Assembly: GCA_965213685.1 (NCBI GenBank)
Contig: CBDBZY010000044.1
Coordinates: forward strand, 64,001 to 128,000
Length of the DNA: 64,000 bases
Direction of reading: 5' to 3'
DNA from: a bacterium
GTDB taxonomy: Bacteria > UBA8248
Part shown: positions 37,817 to 47,701 of the stretch, piece by piece
Layout: each line of letters starts with the position of its first letter
How positions within the stretch are numbered: position 1 is the stretch's first letter
Program-made: the position numbers and the translations under genes
Notes under the pieces: model-generated
The model's database searches: none
Told to the model about the DNA's origin: nothing
Seen by the model: only the letters and a program-made list of their open reading frames with translations

Positions 37817-39400
37817 GTGGCGAAACAACCCGGACGCACCCCGCAGCCCCGGCCAGGAGGGGTCGCAGGCTGGTATCTGTATGTCGCGGTTTTTCTCTCC
37901 GGCGGCTCCATCCTCGTGCTGGAAATCGCGGCGGGGCGCGTGCTCGCTCCCCATTTCGGCAACACGCTCTACACGTGGACCTCGATGATCGGCATCATCC
38001 TGGCCGCGTTGAGCGTGGGCTATTCCATCGGGGGGAGGCTGGCGGACCGAAGGCCGTCGGCCAGGCTGTTTTTCCTGCTCATGCTGGGCGGGGCGGGCCT
38101 GGTGGCGCTGGTGCCGGCCCTTAGGGGCCTCCTGCTGCCGTCGATGGAGCGGGGCTTCAGCCTGCGGTCCGGCCCCGTGTTCGCCGGTCTGCTGCTTTTC
38201 GCCGCGCCGAGCTGCGTGCTCGCCACGCTGACGCCCTTCGCGGTGAAGCTCGCCGCGCGGGGCGAGGAGCGGCTGGGGGCGGTGACCGGCAACCTGTTCA
38301 CCTGGTCGACTGTCGGGAGCATCGCCGGTACGTTCGCGACCGGCTTTTTCTTCATCCCCTGGTTCGGGCTGAACGCCATTTTCCTGGCGACGGCGGGCGC
38401 GCTGGCGCTCACGGCGCTCCTGGGGCTTTTCCTCTCCGGCGAGTTGTCGGCGCTCTTCTCGAAGCGAAACGCCCGGGCGCACCTGCCGCTCGTTGCGTTC
38501 GTCGCGCTCTCGGGGCTGACGGGCGCCGCCTGGCTGGGCGTCATCCCCGGGGCCGGGGGGGAGAGGACGATCTGGGTGCAGGAGAACATGTACCACATGA
38601 TTCGCGTGTTCGAGAGCGCGGAGGCGGACGGCGTGCGGGTGCGCGAGATGTATCTGGACCATCAGCCCGAGGGGGCGATGGTCGTGGGCGACGACAGGAG
38701 GTTCTTTTATGAGTACACCCGCTTTCTCGAGCTGGGCCCGCTGTTCGCGCCCCACATGAAGAGCGCGCTGTTCATCGGCGGCGGCGCTTTTACGATGCCC
38801 AAGGCCTTGCGCCTCATCAGGCCGGATGCGGAGGTCGTCGTGGCCGAGCTGGATGCGGACGTCGTCCGCGCGGGACGCCGCTTCTTCCGGCTCGGGGAGT
38901 TCCCGAAGGTGCGGACGATGGTGGGCGACGGCAGGCGCATTCTGCGGCAATCGGGACGGACGTATGACTTCATCGTGGGCGACGCCTACCGCGGGTTGCG
39001 GAACATACCGCCCCATCTCATCACCCGGGAGTTTTTCCGGGAAGCGCGCGCGCGTCTCGCCCCCGGCGGGGTGTTCATGCTGAACCTGATCGGCTACCGC
39101 TCGGGCCCCGGAAGCGCGATATACGCATCCGTCCACCGGACCATGGAGGGGGTGTTTCCCGAGGTGTTCGCGTATAGCACGGATCCCTCCGCCCCCGCCC
39201 GCGCGCAGAACATCCTGATTTTCGGGTTCCGCGACGAGGACGCGGGCCGGTTCCGCCGCGCGGGGGAGCGGATGCGCCGCGACCCGAAGTTCCGCTTCGC
39301 CGCGCGCGCGCGCGTGGCGCCCCCGGACGCGCGCGTGTATGGACCGGTGCTGACGGACGATTACAATCCGGTGGAATACCTGATCGAACGGGGACTCTAA
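37817..39400 (+). CDS. Fused membrane domain/spermidine synthase-like methyltransferase
   Basis: LEIAAGRVLAPHFG, STVGSIAGTF, IGGGAF, GDGR, DAY, PPHLITREFF, LTDDYNPVE. Confidence 0.9.
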   Translation: MAKQPGRTPQPRPGGVAGWYLYVAVFLSGGSILVLEIAAGRVLAPHFGNTLYTWTSMIGIILAALSVGYSIGGRLADRRPSARLFFLLMLGGAGLVALVPALRGLLLPSMERGFSLRSGPVFAGLLLFAAPSCVLATLTPFAVKLAARGEERLGAVTGNLFTWSTVGSIAGTFATGFFFIPWFGLNAIFLATAGALALTALLGLFLSGELSALFSKRNARAHLPLVAFVALSGLTGAAWLGVIPGAGGERTIWVQENMYHMIRVFESAEADGVRVREMYLDHQPEGAMVVGDDRRFFYEYTRFLELGPLFAPHMKSALFIGGGAFTMPKALRLIRPDAEVVVAELDADVVRAGRRFFRLGEFPKVRTMVGDGRRILRQSGRTYDFIVGDAYRGLRNIPPHLITREFFREARARLAPGGVFMLNLIGYRSGPGSAIYASVHRTMEGVFPEVFAYSTDPSAPARAQNILIFGFRDEDAGRFRRAGERMRRDPKFRFAARARVAPPDARVYGPVLTDDYNPVEYLIERGL

Positions 39401-39451
39401 GCCCCTCCGTCCGGACGGAGGCCGGGGCCGCCGGGGCGCGAAGGAGGAGCG

Positions 39452-40513
39452 ATGGGCAAGCACAGCATCGGGCTGATCCCCGCGGATGGAATCGGCCCCG
39501 AGGTCACCGGCGAGGCGGTGCGCGTTTTGCGGGCGTTGGCGAAAGCGCAGGACGGTCTGGAGTTTTCTTTCACGAGATACCCCTGGGGGAGCGATTTCTA
39601 TCACAAAACGGGCAGGATGTGCCCGGAGGATTTCCTGAAGCGGGTCCGACGCCACGACGCGATTCTGCTCGGCGCGGTGGGCAGGCCCGACATCCCCGAC
39701 CACATCACGCTCAACCAGCTGCTGCTCCCGCTTCGCAGGGGGTTTGACCTCTACGTCAACATGCGCCCCATCGTTCTCTACGAGGGGCTGGAATCGCCCC
39801 TTCGCGGCTATGCGGCGGGAGACATCGACATGCTCTTCTTCCGCGAGAACACGGAGGGAGAATACAGCCCCATCGGCGGCAGGCACTACGAGGGGTACCC
39901 ATCGGAGCTGGCCGCCCAGATCACGCTTTTCACGCGCACCGGCTGTGCGCGAATCATCGAGGCGGCGTTCGAGGCGGCGCTGAAGCGAAAAAAGCACGTG
40001 ACCAACGTCACGAAATCGAACGCGCAGGGCCATACCCTGGTCATGTGGGACGAGATTTTCGAGGAGGTGGCCTCCAGGAAGCACTACAGGGGGGTCAGGA
40101 CGGCGAAATATCTCGTCGACGCCGCCGCCCTGGAGTTCGTGCGGCGTCCGGAGCGCTTTGACGTCGTGGTCTCCACGAACCTGTTTGGCGACATCCTCAC
40201 GGACCTGGGCGCCGCCATCGTCGGAGGACTGGGGGTCGCCGCGAGCGCGAACACGAACCCCGGAGGCGGCGTGCCCGGCCTGTTCGAGCCCGTGCACGGC
40301 TCCGCGCCGGACATCATGGGCAAGGGAATCGCCAACCCGGCCGCCGCGCTGTTCTCCGCCGCCATGATGCTGGATTATCTGGGCGAGGAGGCGGCGGCCG
40401 CCCGGCTCGACGGCGCTGTTCGCGCGCATCTGGCCGAGGGGAACCGGACGGCGGATTTGGGCGGCAGCGGGACGACGAAGTCCGTGGCCTCCGACGTGAT
40501 CCGCAGACTCTAG
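39452..40513 (+). CDS. Tartrate/D-malate/isopropylmalate dehydrogenase family protein
   Basis: DGIGPEV, RENTEGEY, TKSN, NLFGDILTDL, FEPVHGSAPDI. Confidence 0.92.
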   Translation: MGKHSIGLIPADGIGPEVTGEAVRVLRALAKAQDGLEFSFTRYPWGSDFYHKTGRMCPEDFLKRVRRHDAILLGAVGRPDIPDHITLNQLLLPLRRGFDLYVNMRPIVLYEGLESPLRGYAAGDIDMLFFRENTEGEYSPIGGRHYEGYPSELAAQITLFTRTGCARIIEAAFEAALKRKKHVTNVTKSNAQGHTLVMWDEIFEEVASRKHYRGVRTAKYLVDAAALEFVRRPERFDVVVSTNLFGDILTDLGAAIVGGLGVAASANTNPGGGVPGLFEPVHGSAPDIMGKGIANPAAALFSAAMMLDYLGEEAAAARLDGAVRAHLAEGNRTADLGGSGTTKSVASDVIRRL

Positions 40514-40530
40514 GCGCAAGGAGCGGCTCC

Positions 40531-41058
40531 ATGTCCATCGTCACGCGGCGGGGAGACGACGGGAACACCGACTTGTGGTTCGCGGACAGGGTGCCCAAGC
40601 ACCACCCCCAGGTGCAGGCCTATGGCGCGCTCGACGAGGCGAAGGCGGCCCTCGGCCTCGCCCGCTCGATGGCGCCCGCGTGGATGCGGCCCGAGATTCT
40701 GAAAATCCAGAAAGACCTCTATCTCGTGAGCAGCGACCTGGCGACGCTGCGGGGGAAGACCGGCAGGCTTCGGGAGCGCGCCGGCGCGCGCGAGGTCGCG
40801 TGGGCCGACCGCCAGGTGGCGCGCTATGAGCGGGAGATTCGGATAACCGACTGGGTGATCTCCGGAGACTCGCCCTGTGGTGCCGCCCTGGACATGGCGC
40901 TCACCATCATCCGCCGCGGCGAAAGGTGGGCGGTGTGGCTGCGCGACGAGGGCTACATCGACAACCCGGAACTGCTGGTCTACCTCAACCGCGTCTCCGA
41001 CCTCCTCTTTTTGATGGCGCGCGCGGCGGACAGGGAGCTGGAGATACCGCCCGCCTGA
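40531..41058 (+). CDS. PduO-type cob(I)alamin adenosyltransferase
   Basis: IVTRRGDDGNT, AYGALDE, RRGER, YLNRVSDLLF. Confidence 0.92.
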   Translation: MSIVTRRGDDGNTDLWFADRVPKHHPQVQAYGALDEAKAALGLARSMAPAWMRPEILKIQKDLYLVSSDLATLRGKTGRLRERAGAREVAWADRQVARYEREIRITDWVISGDSPCGAALDMALTIIRRGERWAVWLRDEGYIDNPELLVYLNRVSDLLFLMARAADRELEIPPA

Positions 41059-41157
41059 GCGGCCGCGCGCGCGGCGAGCGGATGCTCCGGACGCCCCCGC
41101 AGCACCGGCGCGCTTGTGCCCCCCGAGAGTCCCGCGGATCTTCCCCGCAGGGCCGCG

Positions 41158-42243
41158 TTATGCCAGATAGTAGTCGTACATGGCCTCCATCCCCACCTTG
41201 ATGGCCGCCGCGAGCGGCACGGCCAGCAGGATGCCGCCGAATCCCATGAGTTCGCCCCCTATCATGATGGACGCGAGCACCACCACGGGGTGGAGCCCCA
41301 CGCGGTTTCCCAGTATGCGGGGCACGAGGAACACGCCCGCCAGCGGCGAGAGGGTGGCGAACACGGCCAGCGTCGCCAGCGGGTGGAGCCAGTCCTGGTG
41401 GGCGATTCCGGAGAGCAGCAGGGCGACCGGCAGCGCCACTATCCATTCCACGTAGGGGAACATGCAGGATATGCCGGTGAGAATGCCCAGCACCAGCCAC
41501 AGCGGCATGTCCACGAGGAAGAAGCCCAGAACGTAGAGGGTGGAGAGGATGAGGGCGATCAGCAACTGGCCCTTGATGAAGGAGCCGAGGAGCTCGTCGA
41601 GCCGGGAGACCCTTTTTAGCACCTCCGCCCGGTAGTCGCGGTGCACGTAGGAGAGGAACGTTTCCGATATGTGGTCCCGATCCCGGAGGATGTAGAAGGT
41701 CATGACGGGGATGAGGATGAAATAGGCCACGCCGATGGCGATGGAGAAGAGGCCGCTCGTGGTCCGGAGCAGAAACGAGCCCCCCGTCTTGAGGGCGGAC
41801 ACGGGTATTTGCGCCAGCACGGCGAGGTTTTCGGCGAGGTATTCTTTCAGTTCGGCGGTCTGGGAGAGGCGCAGCCGATCCAGCGTGGCGATGAGCCATG
41901 ACTCGACGACGCGGATGTAGCCGGGGAGTTTCTGGACGAACGCCGATGTCTGCTTCTGCACCACGGGGGCGATGCTCGCCCACAGGAAGAAGAGGAGCAG
42001 GCCCAGCCCCAGCAGGAGGAGGAGGATGGCGAGGGTGCGCGGTATTTTCCGGCTCTCCAGAAAATTGACCAGAGGCTGCAGCACGTAGGCGAGAATGAAG
42101 GAGATCGCCAAGGGGATCAGCGCCGCCCGCGCGCTCACCAGAAGCCAGACGCAGCCGACGAGGATGAGGATGAGCCAGATTCTCTTCCAGGTGAGCATTT
42201 GGGGCGAGGAGGGCGGGGCGTTCATGGGTTTGTTGACCGTCAT
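41158..42243 (-). CDS. AI-2E family transporter
   Basis: ILAYVLQPLV, FIKGQL, PRILGNRVGLHP, LLAVPLAA. Confidence 0.9.
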   Translation of the reverse strand: MTVNKPMNAPPSSPQMLTWKRIWLILILVGCVWLLVSARAALIPLAISFILAYVLQPLVNFLESRKIPRTLAILLLLLGLGLLLFFLWASIAPVVQKQTSAFVQKLPGYIRVVESWLIATLDRLRLSQTAELKEYLAENLAVLAQIPVSALKTGGSFLLRTTSGLFSIAIGVAYFILIPVMTFYILRDRDHISETFLSYVHRDYRAEVLKRVSRLDELLGSFIKGQLLIALILSTLYVLGFFLVDMPLWLVLGILTGISCMFPYVEWIVALPVALLLSGIAHQDWLHPLATLAVFATLSPLAGVFLVPRILGNRVGLHPVVVLASIMIGGELMGFGGILLAVPLAAAIKVGMEAMYDYYLA

Positions 42244-42848
42244 CAGGTGCGGGCCGTGGGGGTCGGCTTCCCCGTTTGGCCGCCCCCCGGTTTCGGGTGC
42301 GTCATCCGGGCGCCCACGAAAAAAATATAGTGGGCACCCGAGGCGACCGTGAGGATGGAGGTGATCAGGAACAGGGAGAGCATCACCGCGTTCGGGCCCG
42401 CCTCCAGCGCCGCCGCCAGGAGGGCTGCGCCCGCGGTGATCATCTGGACGGTGGCGGTGGCTTTCCCCAGCAGGGTGGGCGATGGCGTCTGAAAGCCCGC
42501 CGTCAGGAACAGCGCCGCGCAGCCGACGCCGAGCAGCGCGTCCCGCCCCACCACGATGGCGGCCGCCCAAGGCGGCATGTGTCCGGAAAGCCCCAGCATC
42601 ACGTAGGCGATGAACATGAGGAGCTTGTCCGCGACGGGGTCGAGCATCGCGCCCAGCGGGGTCATCTCGCCGCGCGACCGCGCGATGTGGCCGTCCACCC
42701 CGTCCGCCACGCACGCGACGATGAACACGGCCAGGGCGATCCCCTCCCTGCCGTAGGCGAGGCACGCTGCGAAAACGGGGATCAGGAACGCCCGTCCGAG
42801 CGTGACCTTGGTGGCCAGCGTCAGCCTGTTTGAACCGGATGCGCCCAT
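42243..42848 (-). CDS. CDP-alcohol phosphatidyltransferase
   Basis: DGVDGHIAR...GAMLDPVADK signature. Confidence 0.93.
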   Translation of the reverse strand: MGASGSNRLTLATKVTLGRAFLIPVFAACLAYGREGIALAVFIVACVADGVDGHIARSRGEMTPLGAMLDPVADKLLMFIAYVMLGLSGHMPPWAAAIVVGRDALLGVGCAALFLTAGFQTPSPTLLGKATATVQMITAGAALLAAALEAGPNAVMLSLFLITSILTVASGAHYIFFVGARMTHPKPGGGQTGKPTPTART

Positions 42849-42862
42849 CGTGGAGCCGGCCC

Positions 42863-43981
42863 CTATGTTTTTCCCCGTCCGCGTTTCCGCATCATAGCAC
42901 AGGAAGCCTCACGGTTTCTCCCGTCCCGCCCTCCTCGCCCATCAAGCGGGCGTTTCCCGGGTGAGGGGGTTTGTATAATTTCTACCGGCGCGTCCGCGCA
43001 ATCCCCGGGGCGGCGGCCCCCGCCCGCCGGGCGTCTTCTCCCCGCTCTCCCGGGGCGCGCGCGCAAGGGAGGCGCCGGGCAAAAGGGCGGAGAGGGCTTG
43101 GAGGGTTTGCTTGGGGGAGTCTCCGGCTTCCCGCCTCCTTTCGGCTTGTGATGCGCGGCGCGCTCCCGCCCCGCCCGCCTGGGGTTCGGCCTGGCCTTGG
43201 CCCAGCCCGCCCTGGAGGGTGCGCGCACAGCCGCCTCCGGGCGGATTTTCGTTATCTGCCGGAGTTTGTCGACCTCATCCTGGGTGAGCGTTCGGACGCG
43301 GCCCGCACCGAGGCCCCTGGACGTAACGCCCCCGTACGCGCACCGGACCAGCTTGATGACGGGATGTCCCACGGCCTCGCACATTTTCTTGACCTGGTGC
43401 CGCCTCCCCTCCCGGAGCTCTATCCGAAGCCATGCGTTCTTCTCCGTTCTGCCGCGGAGGATGCGCACCTGCGCCGCCTGCGGCTTTCTGCCCCTCCCGC
43501 GCGTCCAGGAGCCGTCGGCCATCCGGGCGAGCGCGTCCTCGGATGGCGCGCCCTTCACCTTCGCCTCGTAGACGCGGGCTATCGCGTACCTCGGATGGGC
43601 GAGGCGGTGCGCCATCTCCCCGTCGTTGGTGAGCAGCAGCACCCCCTCGACGTCGAAGTCGAGCCTGCCGACGGGGAACACGCGCCTGAGTCCCCGGGGC
43701 AGCAAATCCGCCACCGTGGGCCTGTCCTTGCCCTCTTCGTCGCGCATCGTGGTGAGGACGCACCTGGGCTTGTGGAGCACCAGATAGACGGGAGGCTCCT
43801 TTTGCGCGAGGAGTTTTCCGTTCACCTTGATGGCGTCGGCGGAGGGGTCCGCCCTGACGCCCGGCGTGCGGACGCACTCCCCGTTCACCCGGACGCGGCC
43901 CTCGCGGATCATGCGCTCCGCCTCCCGGCGCGAGGCGAGACCCGCCTGGGCGATGATCTTTTGCAGCCTGATGGCGGCCAT
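42863..43981 (-). CDS. rluB: RluB-like rRNA pseudouridine synthase with long basic C-terminal tail
   Basis: RLQKIIAQAGLASRR S4 domain, PVGRLD, LLLTNDG, EGRRHQVK; the 3' end is uncertain. Confidence 0.85.
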   Translation of the reverse strand: MAAIRLQKIIAQAGLASRREAERMIREGRVRVNGECVRTPGVRADPSADAIKVNGKLLAQKEPPVYLVLHKPRCVLTTMRDEEGKDRPTVADLLPRGLRRVFPVGRLDFDVEGVLLLTNDGEMAHRLAHPRYAIARVYEAKVKGAPSEDALARMADGSWTRGRGRKPQAAQVRILRGRTEKNAWLRIELREGRRHQVKKMCEAVGHPVIKLVRCAYGGVTSRGLGAGRVRTLTQDEVDKLRQITKIRPEAAVRAPSRAGWAKARPNPRRAGRERAAHHKPKGGGKPETPPSKPSKPSPPFCPAPPLRARPGRAGRRRPAGGGRRPGDCADAPVEIIQTPSPGKRPLDGRGGRDGRNREASCAMMRKRGRGKT

Positions 43982-44159
43982 CCCTTCCGTTTCTCCCCGT
44001 CTTCTCCCTGGGCGCGCGCCCCGAAAAATGGTATGCATAAACACAAAATTATAGCCATTTGGCGCCAAACGGGGTAGCCTCACCTGTCCCGCGTGCGCCG
44101 GACGGAAGGCGCGCGCTGCGTCTTCGCGCCCGTCCCGTAAGCCCGTAAGGAGGTTCGCC

Positions 44160-45272
44160 TTGCCGTCTTCCCGGGCGATCGTCAGCATGACGCCCGTCCA
44201 CTTGTGCGTGCCGCTGCCCCGGCCGCTTCGGGTGGCCACGTTCGAGATGCGCGCCGTCGATACCTGCTGCGTGACCCTCCGCACGAAAGAGGGACGCAAG
44301 GGCCACGGCTGGTGCTTCGCCTTCGGCCCCGAGCGCGCGCGCTCGATGGTGGCGATGGCGCGCGATTTGTTCGCCACCCTGCTGGGCAGGGACCCGGCCG
44401 ACGCCGCCGCGAACTGGGAGGGGATGCGCAAGGCGGCGAGCTTCGTCGGTCGCGACGGCGTCAGCGCCATGGCGATGTCCGCGCTGGACACCGCGTGCTG
44501 GGACCTGGCCGCCCAGGCGGCGGGCCAGCCGCTCTGGAGGTTCATCGGCGGGCGGCGGCGGGAGATTCCCTGCTACGCGAGCGAGGGCCTCTGGCTCAAC
44601 ATGACGATCCCCGAACTCGAGGAGGAGGCCTCCGCCCTGAAGGCGCGCGGCTTCCGGGGCATGAAGCTGCGGGTGGGCGGGAGCAGCCTCGATGCGGACG
44701 TCGAGCGGATTCGGGCGGTGCGCGGGGCGATAGGCGACGGGGTCGCGCTCATGGTCGACGCCAACCAGGCCTGGGACGTGGAGACCGCCAAGCGGGCGTG
44801 CCGGGCGTTCGAGCCCTTCGACCTCTGCTGGGTGGAGGAGCCGGTCGATCATGAGGACGTCCGGGGATGCGCCGAGGTCGCCGGCGCCAGCAAGGTTCCG
44901 ATCTGCACCGGGGAGACGAACTACAACCCCCGGGGGATGCGCCACCTGCTCGTGGCGGGCGCGGCGGATATCCTGATGCCGGACCTCGCGCGCTGCTCCG
45001 GCGTTACCGGCTGGCGGCGCGCGGCGGCGATCGCCCAAGAGTTCGGGAAGCCGGTGACCCCGCACCTGTTTCACGAGGTGTCGGCCCATCTTCTGAGTGC
45101 TGAGCCGCATGGCGTCTGGTGCGAGCATATGCCCTGGTGGGAGCGCATCCTCCGGGAGCCGATGGAGCTGCGGGACGGAAACCTGATTCTCTCCGACAGG
45201 CCCGGACTCGGGATAGAGTGGGACGAGGCGGCGTTCCGGGAATTCGCACCGCCGGCGGGGGGTTCCTTCTAG
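44160..45272 (+). CDS. Mandelate racemase/muconate lactonizing enzyme family protein
   Basis: DTACWDL, KLR, MVDANQ, WVEEP, TGE, MPD, PH. Confidence 0.92.
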   Translation: MPSSRAIVSMTPVHLCVPLPRPLRVATFEMRAVDTCCVTLRTKEGRKGHGWCFAFGPERARSMVAMARDLFATLLGRDPADAAANWEGMRKAASFVGRDGVSAMAMSALDTACWDLAAQAAGQPLWRFIGGRRREIPCYASEGLWLNMTIPELEEEASALKARGFRGMKLRVGGSSLDADVERIRAVRGAIGDGVALMVDANQAWDVETAKRACRAFEPFDLCWVEEPVDHEDVRGCAEVAGASKVPICTGETNYNPRGMRHLLVAGAADILMPDLARCSGVTGWRRAAAIAQEFGKPVTPHLFHEVSAHLLSAEPHGVWCEHMPWWERILREPMELRDGNLILSDRPGLGIEWDEAAFREFAPPAGGSF

Positions 45273-46606
45273 TGGGGCGGATACTCCTGAGAGGAGGCGA
45301 TCTCCTCACCATGGACCCCCGCCTCGGGGATGTCGAGAACGCGGACGTGCTCATCCGGGACGACGCCATCGAGCAGGTCGGCGAAGGCATCCGCGCACCC
45401 GACGCCGAAGTCGTGGACGCGGGGGATTGCGTCGTCCTGCCGGGGCTGGTGAACGCCCACCAGCATACCTGGCAGACGGGGATACGCGGGATAGCGGGCG
45501 ATTGGTCCCTGGCGGAGTATCTGCGGAACGTCCACCAGGGGGTCGCCCCCCGGTTCCGGCCGGAGGACGTCTATCTGGCGAACCTCGTGGGCGCGCTGAA
45601 CCAGCTCAACGGCGGCGTCACGACGATGTTCGACTGGTGCCACAACAACCCCACGCCCGCGCATACCGACGCGGGCCTCGACGGCCTGGAGGAGGCCGGC
45701 ATCCGCGCGGTTTTTGGCCACGGAACGCCCAAGCCCAGGACGCGGGAGGGCGAGTTGCCGCTCAGCCACAGGCCCCATCCCCCGGGGGAGATCCGGCGCC
45801 TGCGGGCGGGGCGCCTGGCCTCGGACGACGGCCTCATCACGCTCGCCATGGCCACGAGAGGGCCCGACCTGTCCACGTTCGAGATGTGCGTGCACGACAT
45901 TCGCCTGGCCCGGGAATATGATTTGCTGTGGAGTGCCCACATCGGGGGCGGTTTTCACCGGGAGGCACCCGACGGGATCGGGAGGCTGGCGCGCGCGGGC
46001 CTGCTGGGGCCGGATTTCAACGCCGTGCACGCAAACCAGCTGCGCGAGGAGGAGTTGAAAATCCTCGTCGACTCGGGTTGTTCGGTGACCTCTTGTCCCG
46101 AGGTGGAGATGCAGATGGGACACGGCGCGCCCGTCATCGCGCGCGTCCTGGCCCTGGGCGGCCGGCCGACGCTGGGGATTGACGTGGAGTCGAACATCAG
46201 CGGCGACATGTTCACCATGATGCGCGTGGGGCTTCAGTTCGCGCGCGCGCAAGAGAACCGGAAGGCGCTCGAGGGCGGGGCGTCGCCGACGCGCATCGCC
46301 ATTCCCGCGCGCCGCGCGCTGGAGTGGGCGACGACAGACGGGGCCAACGCCTTGGGGCTTGGGGCGAGGACGGGTGCGCTGAAGCCGGGCAAGCAGGCGG
46401 ACGTCATCCTGATCCGGAAGGGCGACCTGAACCTCTTCCCCGTGAACGACGCGCTGGGGGCGGTCGTTTTTCAGGCGTCTTTCGCCAATGTGGACACGGT
46501 GCTGGTGGCGGGGAGGATCGTCAAAAGGGACGGGCGGCTCCGCTACCCCCGCCTGCGGGAAAAAATGGAGGCGTTGGCGGAGTCCGGGCGAAGGTTGTTG
46601 CGCTAG
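45272..46606 (+). CDS. Amidohydrolase (cytosine/MTA deaminase-like)
   Basis: PGLVNAHQHTWQ, DWCHN, VHAN, PEVEMQMG, PGKQAD. Confidence 0.9.
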   Translation: MGRILLRGGDLLTMDPRLGDVENADVLIRDDAIEQVGEGIRAPDAEVVDAGDCVVLPGLVNAHQHTWQTGIRGIAGDWSLAEYLRNVHQGVAPRFRPEDVYLANLVGALNQLNGGVTTMFDWCHNNPTPAHTDAGLDGLEEAGIRAVFGHGTPKPRTREGELPLSHRPHPPGEIRRLRAGRLASDDGLITLAMATRGPDLSTFEMCVHDIRLAREYDLLWSAHIGGGFHREAPDGIGRLARAGLLGPDFNAVHANQLREEELKILVDSGCSVTSCPEVEMQMGHGAPVIARVLALGGRPTLGIDVESNISGDMFTMMRVGLQFARAQENRKALEGGASPTRIAIPARRALEWATTDGANALGLGARTGALKPGKQADVILIRKGDLNLFPVNDALGAVVFQASFANVDTVLVAGRIVKRDGRLRYPRLREKMEALAESGRRLLR

Positions 46607-46670
46607 TGCGGTCGTCGCCGGATGATGAGCCTGCGAACGCCGCCGTCATCATCCATCATGGAGGCTGAAG

Positions 46671-47411
46671 ATGAAACTCGCATTCTATTCCGACATTCAC
46701 GCCCAGCTCGCACCGCTCGACGTTGTCCTGGCGGAGATCGACAAGCACGACGCGGACTGGGAGATCGTCCCCGGCGACCACGTCATGGGCGGGCCGGAGC
46801 CGGGGGAGGTGGTCGATCGCCTCAGGTCCCGAAAGAACTGCCTGCCGATATTGGGGAATTTCGACCGCTGGGTCATCGACCGCGTCGATGCGGGGGAGAA
46901 CCCCTTTCCCGGGAGAAACGAGAGCTCCCGCCTGACGCGCGAGCACCTGACGGAGGCGCAGCTTGGCTGGCTCCGGGGCCTGCCCCGCGAGCTGACGATC
47001 ACGCCGGAGCCCGGGCACGACCTCCGCGTCTTTCATGGCGCGCCGGGCGATGATGAGGGCGCACTCCCGCTCCGTCTGGACGACGATGAAATCATCGAGC
47101 GCCTCGCGGGGGAGAAGTCCGAGGTCGTGGCCTTCGGGCAGGTGCACGGCCCGTATATCCGGCAGGTGGGGCACCAGACCCTCGTGTGCGTCGCCTCCGC
47201 CGCGGTGAACTGGGACGGGGACAACCGCCCCGCCTATGTCATGCTCGAATATCAGGGAGACGGGAAATGGGAGGGGGAGATTCACCGCGTCGGGTATGAC
47301 TTCGAGGAGCAGGCGCGCAAAAACGAGGACAGCTGGCATCCGCATGGGGATCGGCAGGCGCACACGATTCGCACCGGCGAGTTCTGGAACCCCGCCCACA
47401 TGCCCCACTAG
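46671..47411 (+). CDS. Metallophosphoesterase family protein
   Basis: SDIH, GD, GNFD, FHGAP, G.VH. Confidence 0.88.
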   Translation: MKLAFYSDIHAQLAPLDVVLAEIDKHDADWEIVPGDHVMGGPEPGEVVDRLRSRKNCLPILGNFDRWVIDRVDAGENPFPGRNESSRLTREHLTEAQLGWLRGLPRELTITPEPGHDLRVFHGAPGDDEGALPLRLDDDEIIERLAGEKSEVVAFGQVHGPYIRQVGHQTLVCVASAAVNWDGDNRPAYVMLEYQGDGKWEGEIHRVGYDFEEQARKNEDSWHPHGDRQAHTIRTGEFWNPAHMPH

Positions 47412-47701
47412 GCGCGCGGCGGCCTCCGCACTCCCCGCCTCCCCCCACGCGGGGCTCCGCCTGGATGGGGAGGGGGCGGGAGACGCCACGTCCGGCGAGC
47501 GGGATTTCGAATGCGGCGCTATATTGTGATATGATGAGCTAGACGCTGTTCACGGCAGGGTGGCGTCGTTCACGGGAGGGTATGGATAGATGATGCGGAT
47601 GGGCGCATCGTGAGGAGAAAACGACGGATTGCGGTGAGTAGGAACGGAAAAATTCAACCTTCGCCCCAGGTTGCAGGGGGCATCGACCGGAGGGAACGGC
47701 C

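Noticed and set aside
37781-40519. Very long antisense ORFs (e.g. 37781-40519, 22317-24950, 24625-27117, 6004-7986)
   Set aside because: Shadow frames of real genes in high-GC DNA; Arg/Pro/Gly-rich with no family motifs
42863-43260. Extra domain at the RluB C-terminus
   Set aside because: Low-complexity basic/Pro tail; such tails are common in RluB and its length may reflect a lost stop
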